Counted from the stretch's first letter, positions 39,051-48,331 are shown. The stretch is DNA of 64,000 bases from an uncultured Pseudomonadota bacterium (GCA_963698375.1 CAVOQN010000006.1:165488-229487), one strand, 5' to 3'. The notes: a model not told the origin generated them from the letters alone. A program made the numbers and translations.

Positions 39051-39854
39051 ATGAGCCTGACCTGCCCAGTTAATTTTGACGTGGACTACCTGCGCCAGCA
39101 GGTGGAAATTGAATACGACCGCGTGGCCCGCGAGCCGCATGGCGAGTTTCACTTTCACCGTGGTGCGGAATACGCCCATCGCTACCTCAACTATTCGCGC
39201 GAGGACCTGAGCCTTGTGCCGACCGTAGCCAGCGACCGTTTCGCCGGGGTCGGCAACCCGCACCGGGTCGGGCCGATTTATCCCGGCGAAGTGGTGCTGG
39301 ATCATGCCTGCGGTGCCGGCATGGACCTGATCATTGCCGCGCACCACGTTGGCCCGCGCGGCCGGGTGATCGGCGTGGACATGACACGTTCCATGCGCGA
39401 GAAAGCGGCCGAGGGCGTGCGACTCGCCGGTGTGGCCGACCGCACCCAGATCCTCGACGGGCTCTATGAGCAGCTGCCATTGGAAGACAACAGCGTGGAT
39501 GTCGTGATCTCGAACGGTGTCATCAACCTGGCGCCCGACAAGACCCAGGTGTTCAGCGAGATCAACCGGGTCCTGCGCCCGGGTGGCCGGGTGTTCATCT
39601 CCGACGTGGTGATCGCGCACGAGCTGAAGGTCGAAACGCGCAGCAATCCCGATATCTGGGCGGCCTGCATCGGCGGCGCGTTGCAGGAGCATGAGCTGGT
39701 CGAACTGGCCCTCGGCGCCGGCATGAAGAATGCGCGCATCACCGAGCACTTCGACTGCTTCCGCGACACCCCGGCGGAGCGCAAGGTGGCCAAGGCGCTG
39801 AACGTGCACGGCGTGAATTTCTTCGCCAACAAGGCCTATCAGGTGTATCAATAG
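39051..39854 (+). CDS. ArsM-like SAM-dependent methyltransferase
   Basis: Motifs VLDHACGAGMD, SNGVINLAPDK and IWAACIGGAL. GGAGGA RBS. Confidence 0.85.
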   Translation: MSLTCPVNFDVDYLRQQVEIEYDRVAREPHGEFHFHRGAEYAHRYLNYSREDLSLVPTVASDRFAGVGNPHRVGPIYPGEVVLDHACGAGMDLIIAAHHVGPRGRVIGVDMTRSMREKAAEGVRLAGVADRTQILDGLYEQLPLEDNSVDVVISNGVINLAPDKTQVFSEINRVLRPGGRVFISDVVIAHELKVETRSNPDIWAACIGGALQEHELVELALGAGMKNARITEHFDCFRDTPAERKVAKALNVHGVNFFANKAYQVYQ

Positions 39855-39882
39855 TAGAGGCATCGAGGTGAAGCGGAAGATC

Positions 39883-39913
39883 AAAACCCGGCCACTGCCG
39901 GGTTTTGATTTTT
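39883..39913 (+). terminator. rho-independent terminator
   Basis: AAAACCCGGC-CACT-GCCGGGTTTT followed by GATTTTT. Confidence 0.8.
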
Positions 39914-40071
39914 AAGCGCGTCGACCTGATGCTCGGTTGGCATTTGTTGGTCAGGGCCCGGCCCGCGCATTGACACACCCCGCCCGCGGCCGCGATGATT
40001 CAGCAAGGCTGGCGATGTATATATAAGGATAAACTGTAACGCGCCGGCCACCGCCACAGGGGAGAGAGCGC

Positions 40072-41030
40072 ATGCGCAAGGAAACCCGGGCTTTACTGGC
40101 CGTCCTGCTGCTCGTTACCAGCACGCTGTGCGCCGCGTTCGAAATCAAGGAATACCCGGTTCCGAAAGGCGCGCACCCGCACGATGTCGCGCCGGCCGCC
40201 GATGGCGGCGTGTGGTACACCGCCCAGCATCAGGGCGCGCTCGGGTATCTCGACCCGAAAACCGGCAAGACCCGCCACATCCCGCTCGGCAATGGTTCCC
40301 GTCCACATGGGGTTATCGTGGGGCCGGATGGCGCCGCGTGGATCACCGATTCCGGTCTCAACGCCAATCGTGCGCGTCGACCCGAAAACCGACAAGGTCG
40401 AAGTCTTCCCGCTGCCCAAGGGCACGCCGAACGTCAACCTCAACACCGCCACGTTCGATAACGCCGGCATCCTGTGGTTCACCGGCCAGAACGGTTACTA
40501 CGGCAGCTTCGATCCCAAAACCAAAAATAACCAAGGTGTTCGAGGCCCCGCAAGGCCGCGGGCCGTATGGCATCTGCACCGCGCCGGATGGCAGCGTGTA
40601 TTACGCCTCGCTCGCCGGCAGCCACATCGCGCGCATCGATACCAAAACCGGCAAGGCCACGGTCATCGAGCCGCCCACGCCGTACCAGGGCGCGCGCCGC
40701 GTGTGGGCGGATTCACAAAACCGAATCTGGGTCAGCGAATGGATCTCCGGCCAGGTGTCGCTGTACGACCCGAAAACAAAAAAATGGAAAGAATGGAAAG
40801 CCCCGGGCGACAACCCGCAGGTGTATGCGGTGTACGTGGACAACAAGGACATTGTCTGGCTGTCGGATTTCGGCGCCAACGCCATGCTGCGCTTCGACCC
40901 GAAGACCGAAAAGTTCACCGTGATCCCGAGCAAGAGCGGCAACGCGCGCGTGCGCCAGATTCTCGGCCGGCCCGGCGAGGTGTGGTTGCCGGAGTCGGGG
41001 GCGGATAAGTTGGTGGTGATACGGGAGTGA
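40072..41030 (+). pseudogene. Vgb (streptogramin lyase)-like beta-propeller protein with two homopolymer frameshifts
   Basis: Three ORF segments (40072.., 40184.., 40128..41030) read through as FEIKEYPVPKGAHPHDVAPAADGGVWYT...IVRVDPKT...KITKVFEAPQGRGPYGI... Breaks at AA 40366-67 and A5 40523-27. Confidence 0.75.
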
Positions 41031-41117
41031 TGGAATAAGAGTGACTAGCCAGAAAATAAATCTGTCCCGGTTTTAGTCCCGATTCTGTTTTTTATGACGG
41101 CATGTTTTTTTATCAGA

Positions 41118-41150
41118 CCTTAATGCCGGGTTGCAAACCCGGCATTAAGG
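41118..41150. repeat. perfect 15-bp inverted repeat (CCTTAATGCCGGGTT-GCA-AACCCGGCATTAAGG)
   Basis: Read directly from the sequence. Lies 37 nt upstream of the NYN gene start. Confidence 0.8.
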
Positions 41151-41186
41151 AGGTCTAATAAAAGTTGGTGCTCAAGGAGAAACACT

Positions 41187-41730
41187 GTGGCCGAACTCGT
41201 ATATGTCGACAATTCCAACGTGTTCATCGAAGGCGAACGCGTTATGGCTGTTGAAACAGGGATTGCGATGAACATTTACGACGCTATGAACAACCGAATT
41301 CTGGACAACTCCTACAAGATTGATTTCGGTCGTTTGCACGAATTTCATAGCCGGTAAAGATCGGTCCAATATTAAGAGATGCATGCTATTCGGCAGCCGT
41401 CCTCCCCCCAACGATTCAATTTGGCAAATCGCCAGAAAAGCAGGCTTCGAGGTAATCACCGAAGATCGAAATGTTGCAAACAAAGAAAAGAAGATCGACA
41501 CAGGAATCGTCGCGGCTATGACGAAAGACGCCTATACCATCGCAGACAAAGCTAATGATACGATTACCCTCGTCGCGGGTGACGCAGATTTCGTACCGTC
41601 GATTCGAATGCTCAAGGATGACGGATTCAATATAGAAGTAGCGTTCTGGGATCATGCTTCCAGAGAGTTGCGGGAGGTATGTTCTAGATTCATCTCCCTT
41701 AACCCAATACTCAAGCATTTAGCCTATTAG
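41187..41730 (+). pseudogene. NYN (LabA-like) domain protein, one frameshift
   Basis: GTG 41187 after AAGGAGA gives VAELVYVDNSNVFIEGE...RLHEF. Continues in ORF 41320..41730 (..LVAGDADFVPSIRMLKDDGFNIEV). Break at TTT 41343-45. Confidence 0.7.
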
Positions 41731-41811
41731 GCTTGAGCGCTAACGAGTCAATCGCGCTATGCTAAAAGTGTCGAGGCTATTTAACTTGATGGAAAAACCA
41801 GTATTCCCTTA

Positions 41812-42002
41812 GACAACAAGGTTTTCGTCTAGATGTCGGATTTCGGCGCGAATGCCATGCTGCGCTTCGACCCGAAGACCGAAAAGTTCACCGTGATCCC
41901 GAGCAAGAGCGGTAACGCGCGCGCGCCAGATTCTCGGCCGGCCCGGCGAGGTGTGGTTACCGGAGTCGGGGGGCGAATAGGTTGGTGGTGGTGAGGGAGT
42001 GA
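41812..42002 (+). repeat. degenerate duplicate of the Vgb-like gene 3' end
   Basis: Aligns base for base with 40839..41030 apart from a few substitutions, a 2-nt deletion and a premature TAG. Confidence 0.8.
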
Positions 42003-42138
42003 CTGATAGTTTTGAATCTATTATTTCGAATGGCGTAACAAAGTATTACAGAGCTTTCGGGCCACTTGACTGCCTCACCGTACTTTACCATTATGAACCG
42101 AAGTATCCCAAAGGACTAAAGATCTTCCATGTACGTCT

Positions 42139-42585
42139 ATGACAATGAAACAGGCTGAAGGCAACACGGCGATGAAGTGTCTCGCACCCCTTGTCGGGAT
42201 ATTTTCCGGATCGATGCTTGGCTGGGCACTGTTTTTTCTATCGCCGGATTTCGCATCGGAAAAAATCACTGTGGGCGATATTTGCGCGCGACTATATGGC
42301 TTGGCATTCGGATTTTATGGTTGGGGTATTGCCATTGTTATCGGCCAAAACAAGAGTCTTTTTTGCGGTGGCTTCAATGAGTTTATGAGTGAAGATCGTT
42401 TAAGGATAAGCGGGCTTGCAGTGGTTTCTGTCGTGCTTCTCATAGTAGATGCGGGTTTGTTAGTGAAAGGCCACTACGAGATTTATTCAGTAATCTGGGT
42501 TATTTTGATGTTTGGATTTCTCGGCGAGGTTGGCTGGGCAAATCCGTTATATATACCTAAAAAGTTTATCGACTTTTTTATTTGA
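42139..42585 (+). CDS. hypothetical membrane protein (AT-rich)
   Basis: 148-aa ORF with about 4 hydrophobic segments. I recognise no family. Confidence 0.55.
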   Translation: MTMKQAEGNTAMKCLAPLVGIFSGSMLGWALFFLSPDFASEKITVGDICARLYGLAFGFYGWGIAIVIGQNKSLFCGGFNEFMSEDRLRISGLAVVSVVLLIVDAGLLVKGHYEIYSVIWVILMFGFLGEVGWANPLYIPKKFIDFFI

Positions 42586-42624
42586 GTGAATGACTGTGTT
42601 TGTCTGGAAAACGGATACTGTCTT

Positions 42625-43077
42625 ATGAAAAAGATGATTATTGCCAAACGCAACGCACGTGTACTCGGTCTGGTTGTCGGTATCATGTGGCTGACCACGT
42701 GCCTAACCTCAATGCTTTTGGTTCTAGATTTAATTCTAAGCCGAAGTGTGACCATTTATGGTTTGGTTTACCCATTGGTCTTGGCCTCGTGCGTGATAGC
42801 AGGTTTTGTCGGCGCTACCGTATTGTCGAAGCTGCTTGCGTCGTTATTTACGGTTCCCAGCGCACCAAGTGTCCGGACTATTTCTTCACCGAATAAGTAC
42901 ACTCTCGCCGGAAGTCCGGCAGCCTTTTGTTCGATAGTAGCTATTGCAGTGATTGCACCGGTTCATTTCGTTGGCGGTGTGGCGTTATCTTCCGATACGA
43001 CATCCGCCCCTATTTACCTCAGTGATGACACACAGGCAACTCCTAGCCCATCGGAAGTAAAAAATTTCGGTAATTAA
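42625..43077 (+). CDS. hypothetical membrane protein (AT-rich)
   Basis: ORF 42586..43077 trimmed to MKKMIIAKRN. Hydrophobic segments are present. Confidence 0.55.
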   Translation: MKKMIIAKRNARVLGLVVGIMWLTTCLTSMLLVLDLILSRSVTIYGLVYPLVLASCVIAGFVGATVLSKLLASLFTVPSAPSVRTISSPNKYTLAGSPAAFCSIVAIAVIAPVHFVGGVALSSDTTSAPIYLSDDTQATPSPSEVKNFGN

Positions 43078-43096
43078 TCTGAGCGCTACTTAAAAC

Positions 43097-43513
43097 ATGT
43101 CAAACGATAAAAAATATCCATCGGTTATTTGGTCCATCCTTGCGGATGACGTCAGACAGGAAACGGGCTCCAAGATATCCATCATTGGCGCTTATACTGG
43201 CAACGATATAACAGTTACGCCAACACAGCAGTTGCCGACAGGTCAATCGATTGGATTTCCGTTGACAGTATTGTATGTATTCGAAGGTGTCGAAGGTGAG
43301 CACGAAGCGCGGCTAAACATCTTCGATCCATTAGGTAAAGCAGTTGGGAATGGAGTTCTGAAGTTTAATCCGGGCAAGGTGAGTACTGTTAACGCGATAT
43401 TTAAGTTACCAAATTTTGTTGTATCTGAGTCTGGTCAATATACCGCCAAACTTTCATTTGGTGATCAAAAACCATACGAATTCAAGTTCAAGGTTAAAAT
43501 CGCACAAGCGTAA
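43097..43513 (+). CDS. hypothetical soluble protein (AT-rich)
   Basis: 138-aa ORF with beta-rich composition. I recognise no family. Confidence 0.6.
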   Translation: MSNDKKYPSVIWSILADDVRQETGSKISIIGAYTGNDITVTPTQQLPTGQSIGFPLTVLYVFEGVEGEHEARLNIFDPLGKAVGNGVLKFNPGKVSTVNAIFKLPNFVVSESGQYTAKLSFGDQKPYEFKFKVKIAQA

Positions 43514-43516
43514 GAA

Positions 43517-43661
43517 TTAAAGGGGTCAGTACCCTTTTAGCCTCGCAGTACCGCAGAATCCAGTCAGATTGAACGGCCACGCCATTTCATTGCACGTGCT
43601 GTAACAACGCCTGTTCGACCTCGTCCAGCGAAAACTTGCCCACCTCGACAACCGTGGCCCG
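43517..43661. repeat. 145-nt direct repeat, copy 1 (contains the 3' end of a lost minus-strand gene)
   Basis: About 90% identical to 44794..44939. The minus strand reads ..ATVVEVGKFSLDEVEQALLQHVQ*. Confidence 0.8.
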
Positions 43662-43668
43662 CAACTAT

Positions 43669-43742
43669 GGGGTCAGGTCTTGCAAGTTAACTTCCACTAA
43701 AATCAAATCATGGCGCAAATTGATTGCTCAAGACCTGACCCC
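43669..43742. repeat. palindromic repeat, GGGGTCAGGTCTTG family
   Basis: GGGGTCAGGTCTTG-N46-CAAGACCTGACCCC. Confidence 0.75.
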
Positions 43743-43816
43743 GTTTCACAGCGGAGTTGGTTTCTCGGACAATGTGAACGATTGCGGATCAAAGCTGCCT
43801 GCGAAGGAGATAACGC

Positions 43817-44797
43817 ATGAAAGCAGTTGTGTATGAGAAATACGGGCCGCCCGAGGTTCTTCAAATTCGGGAGGTTGAAAAGCCCGTACCCAAGGACAAT
43901 GAAGTCCTGATAAAAACACATGCGACAACGGTTACATCCGGGGACTGGAGGGTGCGGAGTCTCAATGTGCCTGTCGGCTTCGGGCTCATCACGCGTTTGG
44001 TATTTGGAATTACAAGACCAAGGCAACCCATACTCGGGACAGAGCTGGCGGGTGTCGTTGAATCGGTCGGCAACCATGTAAGCAAATTCAAGGTCGGTGA
44101 CCAGGTTTTTGCGTTCAGCGATGCCGCCATGGGTTGTTATGCGGAGTACAAATGCATGCCACAAGACGGGGCGATGGCATTAAAACCGGCCAACCTGACC
44201 TTTGACGAAGCCGCCGCCATCTCGTTTGGCGGCACAACGGCATTGAATTTCCTCAGGAGAGGAAAACTTCAGCGCGGAGAAAGCGTACTCGTCATTGGGG
44301 CGTCCGGCGGGGTAGGCACCGCAGTGGTGCAGCTTGCCAGGCACTTCGGCGCCGACGTGACCGGGGTGTGCAGTAGCGCGAACGTGGAATTGGTGAGGTC
44401 ACTGGGCGCCCGTCATGTTATCGACTACACCAAAGAAGACTTCACGCAGAATGGCAAAACCTATGACATCATTGTCGATACCGCCGGCACGGCGCCGTTC
44501 TCCCGCAGCAAGGCTTCATTAAAGGCAGGCGGCCGCCTGCTACTGGTTCTGGCTGGGCTGCCAGACATGCTTCTGATTCCATGGGGGGCAATGACAAGCA
44601 ACAAGAAGATCATCGCCGGGCCAGCGTCCGGACGCGCGGAAGATCTGCGTTTTCTCGCGAGTCTGGCTGAGACCGGTGAATTCAAACCTGTCATTGATCG
44701 GCGCTATCCGTTTGAGCAGATCGCCGAGGCACACCGCTACGTCGATTCCGGACGCAAGAGGGGAAACGTCGTCATCACGCTGAAACATGACAATTAA
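43817..44797 (+). CDS. NADPH:quinone oxidoreductase / zinc-type alcohol dehydrogenase (MDR) family protein
   Basis: MKAVVYEKYGPPEVL..., GASGGVGTAVVQLA Rossmann motif, AAGGAGA RBS. Confidence 0.9.
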   Translation: MKAVVYEKYGPPEVLQIREVEKPVPKDNEVLIKTHATTVTSGDWRVRSLNVPVGFGLITRLVFGITRPRQPILGTELAGVVESVGNHVSKFKVGDQVFAFSDAAMGCYAEYKCMPQDGAMALKPANLTFDEAAAISFGGTTALNFLRRGKLQRGESVLVIGASGGVGTAVVQLARHFGADVTGVCSSANVELVRSLGARHVIDYTKEDFTQNGKTYDIIVDTAGTAPFSRSKASLKAGGRLLLVLAGLPDMLLIPWGAMTSNKKIIAGPASGRAEDLRFLASLAETGEFKPVIDRRYPFEQIAEAHRYVDSGRKRGNVVITLKHDN

Positions 44798-44939
44798 AGG
44801 GGTCAGCACCCTTATAGCCTCGCAATACCGCAGTACCCGGTTCAGATTGAACGGCCCCGCCGTTTCATTGCACGTGCTGTGACAACGCCTGTTCGACCTC
44901 ATCCAGCGAAAACTTACCCACCTCGACGACCGTGGCCCG
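44794..44939. repeat. 145-nt direct repeat, copy 2
   Basis: See 43517..43661. Both copies begin at the stop codon of the preceding gene. Confidence 0.8.
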
Positions 44940-44949
44940 AAAATAATGT

Positions 44950-44998
44950 GGGTCAGAGAGGATTATTCCCTATAGTAGGGAACATTGTTCTCTAACCC
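44950..44998. repeat. palindromic repeat, GGGTCAGAGAGG family (degenerate)
   Basis: GGGTCAGAGAGGATT...TTGTTCTCTAACCC. Confidence 0.65.
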
Positions 44999-45036
44999 GG
45001 TTATCCGTTCGTACTCCACCTGGCCACTGACCTGTC

Positions 45037-45816
45037 ATGCTGTTAGGAAGTAATCGACTTCTCTTCACCGCCGTGTTTGTTTCCGTGGCCTTGCATGCCA
45101 TGGCGTTTGTGCTGTCTGGCCATCTGTTCAAACTCACCGGCAAGCCAGAAGTCCTCGAACTGAAGAACGAGATTATCCTTACGGAGGTGTTGCCGCCTGC
45201 GGACAATCCGGTCACGACACCCGTCACGAAGAACCAACCGGCCTCGCAGGCAGCCCCGCCTGCCCCGACGGCGGAAGCATGGGCCTTTGCGGGCCGGTAC
45301 ACGCTCAAAAACAGCAAGGGCTACCGGTATAACTGGGGACAACAGGTTCGCAGCATGATGGGCACCGCCGTCGATGGGCCCGATCAGGGCCTCGTCCGGT
45401 TTCGTCTGGAAATTGCACCCGACGGGACGTTGGCAAAACTGGAAACGCTGTGGACCACCTCTGCCGCCGCCGAGCGGCTGGCTCGCCAGGCCATCCGCAA
45501 CCTGCCGCCGTTGCCGCCCACCCCGACTGGCAAGCCGTTGATCTTTGATCGAACGATTTCGTTCCTGTCCGATACCACGGAAAGCCCGCCGACCTACAAG
45601 GACGACTGTGATCCGGTGCCACCCGCGTTCGAGAGCCCGTACACCTGGGACGGCAAAGAACCGTGGGTGCCGCCCAAACCGAAACCTGTTGTAAAGCCCG
45701 ACCCGCAGGCCATGGAAGAGTGCCTCAAGCAACTGCCGCAGGATTCGATCGAGGCAGAACTCGGGCGCAACGAGGACCTGTACGGACGATGGGGGACCCG
45801 CGAGTCGGAGCGGTAG
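45037..45816 (+). CDS. TonB C-terminal domain family protein
   Basis: N-terminal TM segment, Pro-rich linker, and a C-terminal segment GLVRFRLEIAPDGTLAKLE...AERLARQAIRNLPPLPP. Confidence 0.7.
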   Translation: MLLGSNRLLFTAVFVSVALHAMAFVLSGHLFKLTGKPEVLELKNEIILTEVLPPADNPVTTPVTKNQPASQAAPPAPTAEAWAFAGRYTLKNSKGYRYNWGQQVRSMMGTAVDGPDQGLVRFRLEIAPDGTLAKLETLWTTSAAAERLARQAIRNLPPLPPTPTGKPLIFDRTISFLSDTTESPPTYKDDCDPVPPAFESPYTWDGKEPWVPPKPKPVVKPDPQAMEECLKQLPQDSIEAELGRNEDLYGRWGTRESER

Positions 45817-45824
45817 AAAAAACC

Positions 45825-45874
45825 GGGTCAGAGAGCAATTCTTTCCAATATAAGCAACAATTCCTCTCTGACCC
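45825..45874. repeat. 50-nt palindromic repeat, GGGTCAGAGAG family
   Basis: GGGTCAGAGAGCAATT...AATTCCTCTCTGACCC. Confidence 0.8.
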
Positions 45875-45987
45875 AGATTTTCCTAAATGCTACGAGCAGG
45901 CATGGACCAAACTAAAGTTGGCCCGTGGCCAAGCCGTGAGGCTTTGCAGCGCAGGTATAGGGCAAATGAAACTATGACCAAACTAAA

Positions 45988-46023
45988 GGGGTCGGAGTGA
46001 TTTAACTTTAATCACTCCGACCC
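45988..46023. repeat. hairpin repeat, GGGGnCGGAG family (possible bidirectional terminator)
   Basis: GGGGTCGGAGTGATT-TAACTTT-AATCACTCCGACCC flanked by A-rich and T-rich runs. Lies between convergent genes. Confidence 0.75.
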
Positions 46024-46053
46024 TTATTAACTTTTTAAACTTGCGTTCGATCC

Positions 46054-46491
46054 TTACGGCTTCAGGTAGGCGTACTTTTCCTTGACCTGGAGTCGCGTGA
46101 CCTCACGGACGCCGGAGGGCACGAGCTTGATGACCGACAGAAACTTCTTCGGGTCGAGGTTTCTGCGTTTCAGGGTGATTTCGCAGACGCGGAATTCCAC
46201 ACCCTTGGACGCCAGCTTTTCCACGGGAATGCTGTAGGGATTACCTTTCTTGTCTTCCGTGCCTTCCATCAGGAAATCGACCCCGCTGGAGTGAGTGACC
46301 ACGACGATCTTTGCATTCGGTTCGACTTCCAGATGGTTGCTGATGTTGCGCAACGCGTCCGAAGCCTGCTCATTGCCGAGGTTCACGTGATAAAGCACCT
46401 TCTCCACGTCGCTGTCGGCAGCCATCGCCATGCCCGAAATTGCAATAGCACCGATCGCACCGGCGATCAGAAATACTTTACGAATACCCAT
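46054..46491 (-). CDS. periplasmic DsrE/DsrF-like (COG1416-type) protein
   Basis: Signal peptide. Motifs KVLYHVN...IVVVTHSSGV...GVEFRVCEITL...VPSGVREVTRLQ..YAYLKP. Confidence 0.75.
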   Translation of the reverse strand: MGIRKVFLIAGAIGAIAISGMAMAADSDVEKVLYHVNLGNEQASDALRNISNHLEVEPNAKIVVVTHSSGVDFLMEGTEDKKGNPYSIPVEKLASKGVEFRVCEITLKRRNLDPKKFLSVIKLVPSGVREVTRLQVKEKYAYLKP

Positions 46492-46837
46492 AGTCCAGCT
46501 CCTCGTTGGTGGTTGTTGGGAATCAAATCCCGTTGTTCCGAAGGGAACATGAGGGAGACGGGCGCGAAGGGGCTAATATTTCAGAAGAATTATTACTTAT
46601 AACGATTAATACCATTGATGGTATCGGGATGCGAGGCAAGCCAAACCGTGCCGCTATCCGGATGCTCCGAAAGGAGGGGAAAGATTGATTTTCTGCACCA
46701 AACGATGAAAGTGGACGCTAATTCAAGGTGTCAGGAGTTAGAATTATAAAGAGTCGTAGTGATGTATCGTTAATCACTCCGACCCTTTTAATTCGACGCT
46801 TTAATCGTTTGCTATTAACGTTTTTCCACTTTTCCTT

Positions 46838-47749
46838 ATGACTAAAATAAACGCGATGCGGGTTTTGTTTTCAGTTGTTTGTTTGAGCATGGTGGCTTTA
46901 AGCGCGCAGGCGGCGGAACCCATTCGCCACTACGCTGGCCCATTGTTTGATGCCCATTTGCATTACAACGCCGAGGCGGGTGATGGCCAGACTGACCCGT
47001 TTCCGCTCCCGGATGTGTTGGCGCGCATGCAGCGCAATGGCGTGCGCGGCATCCTTGCCAACTCGCGCCCGAATGATGGCACGCTGGCGCTCGCCGCAAC
47101 GCCGCTCGCGCGAAAAGCAAATGTGCAGGTGGTTCCTTTTGTGCGCCTCTATCGTAACCAGGCGGATTACGACAGCTGGTTCGGCGATGAGTCTATTTAC
47201 CAGATGGTGCAAACTGAATTGGCACGTGGCACGGGAGCCGGGCCATTCAGGGGTTTGGGCGAATTTCATCTTTACGACAGCGCCAACGCCAATGGCGTGG
47301 TGGTGAAAAAAATAATGGCGTTGGCGGAGGAAAAGAATCTGGTGCTGCTCGCACATGTGGACGATGTGGCGATTGACCTATTAATGGCCAGCACCGTGTC
47401 GCGCGGCCAGAAAGTCCGCCTGATCTGGGCGCACACCGGTATTGACGGCGCACCTGTAGCACGAGTGGAGGAGTTGCTGGTCAAGTACCCGTTGCTCATG
47501 GGGGAGTTGTCCTACCGGCCGGGGCTGGCTTGCGGCGATTTCAATTTTTGCCCCGAGTGGCGCGCCTTGTTCATCAAATACCCCGGCCGCTTCCTGATCG
47601 GTTCGGACACCTGGAACAATCAACGTTGGCTGAGTTATGACGACCTTATCAAGCGTTACCGCATCCTGCTGGCGGATTTACCTGCCGATGTGGCGCGACG
47701 CATCGGATGGTTGAATGGCAAGGAGTTGTTTGGGCTGTCGGAGCCTTGA
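46838..47749 (+). CDS. secreted metal-dependent amidohydrolase (TIM-barrel) family protein
   Basis: Signal peptide. FDAHLHYN metal-binding motif. HVDD and IWAHTG segments. Confidence 0.7.
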   Translation: MTKINAMRVLFSVVCLSMVALSAQAAEPIRHYAGPLFDAHLHYNAEAGDGQTDPFPLPDVLARMQRNGVRGILANSRPNDGTLALAATPLARKANVQVVPFVRLYRNQADYDSWFGDESIYQMVQTELARGTGAGPFRGLGEFHLYDSANANGVVVKKIMALAEEKNLVLLAHVDDVAIDLLMASTVSRGQKVRLIWAHTGIDGAPVARVEELLVKYPLLMGELSYRPGLACGDFNFCPEWRALFIKYPGRFLIGSDTWNNQRWLSYDDLIKRYRILLADLPADVARRIGWLNGKELFGLSEP

Positions 47750-47897
47750 TTTTTTAAATGCGAGCTAAAACCACGAAAATCGGGTCAGACCACAGTTTCT
47801 TAAGGTATCTGTAATATAAGGGGACGGCGGGATTGCTGTTCGTGGTTAAGCTGATCAACACCAGACCTTATGTGCTTATAGATTTATAGGAGTAAAA

Positions 47898-48242
47898 ATG
47901 AGATTTTCAATTATTATTTTACTAATAATGTTTTTAGGCGGCTGCGCATCAGGATTAGAAAAGTTGCGTAATGTAAATTCTGGTATGACGCCGAATGAAG
48001 TAGATCAAATTATGGGAAACAGGGATGATTTCAGTACTATAGAAAAAAATGGTGATACATTCACCCTCTATAAATACACAAATCGATTTTGCAATTCTCA
48101 CGTCGACATAAAAGATAAATGTGATTACTTTGTCGTATTTAAAAACGATAAGGTAACTGAAACGGGTATAAAAAATATAGGCGCCAACAAACCGAGTCTG
48201 GAATATACGAATATGAAATATATTAATCTTTTTCAGAAATAA
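47898..48242 (+). CDS. small lipoprotein (AT-rich), BamE/SmpA-like motif
   Basis: Lipobox FLGGC. GMTPNEVDQIMG. Confidence 0.65.
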   Translation: MRFSIIILLIMFLGGCASGLEKLRNVNSGMTPNEVDQIMGNRDDFSTIEKNGDTFTLYKYTNRFCNSHVDIKDKCDYFVVFKNDKVTETGIKNIGANKPSLEYTNMKYINLFQK

Positions 48243-48298
48243 ACTATTGCGTAACAAGTCGCCCGTTGGGACGCTTTGCCGCGATGCGGCTAATAAAA

Positions 48299-48331
48299 GG
48301 GGACGGAGGGATTAAAGTTTAATTCCTCCGT
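48299..48331. repeat. hairpin repeat, GGGGnCGGAG family
   Basis: GGGGACGGAGGGATTAAAGTTTAATTCCTCCGT. Confidence 0.7.

Larger units (their letters stand above)
41031..41811 (+). mobile_element. ~0.78-kb AT-rich insertion carrying only an NYN-domain gene, bracketed by ~190-bp direct repeats
   Basis: 40839..41030 is repeated at 41812..42002 in degenerate form with indels and a stop codon. No recombinase gene is present. Confidence 0.5.

Noticed and set aside
506-39884. Many long ORFs in the track that overlap the called genes in other frames or strands. Examples: 506..1339, 5149..6087, 6103..6759, 10233..10844, 12014..12748, 20432..21979, 27023..28222, 30126..30974, 33028..34239, 35045..35965 and 38790..39884.
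   Set aside because: These are typical GC-rich shadow ORFs with Arg/Ala/Pro/Gly-rich low-complexity translations. They have no motifs and no RBS, and each fully overlaps a gene with clear family signatures.
40839-42002. A diversity-generating retroelement (template/variable repeat) as an explanation for the duplicated gene 3' ends.
   Set aside because: Differences between the copies are not adenine-specific and include indels. No reverse transcriptase gene is present.
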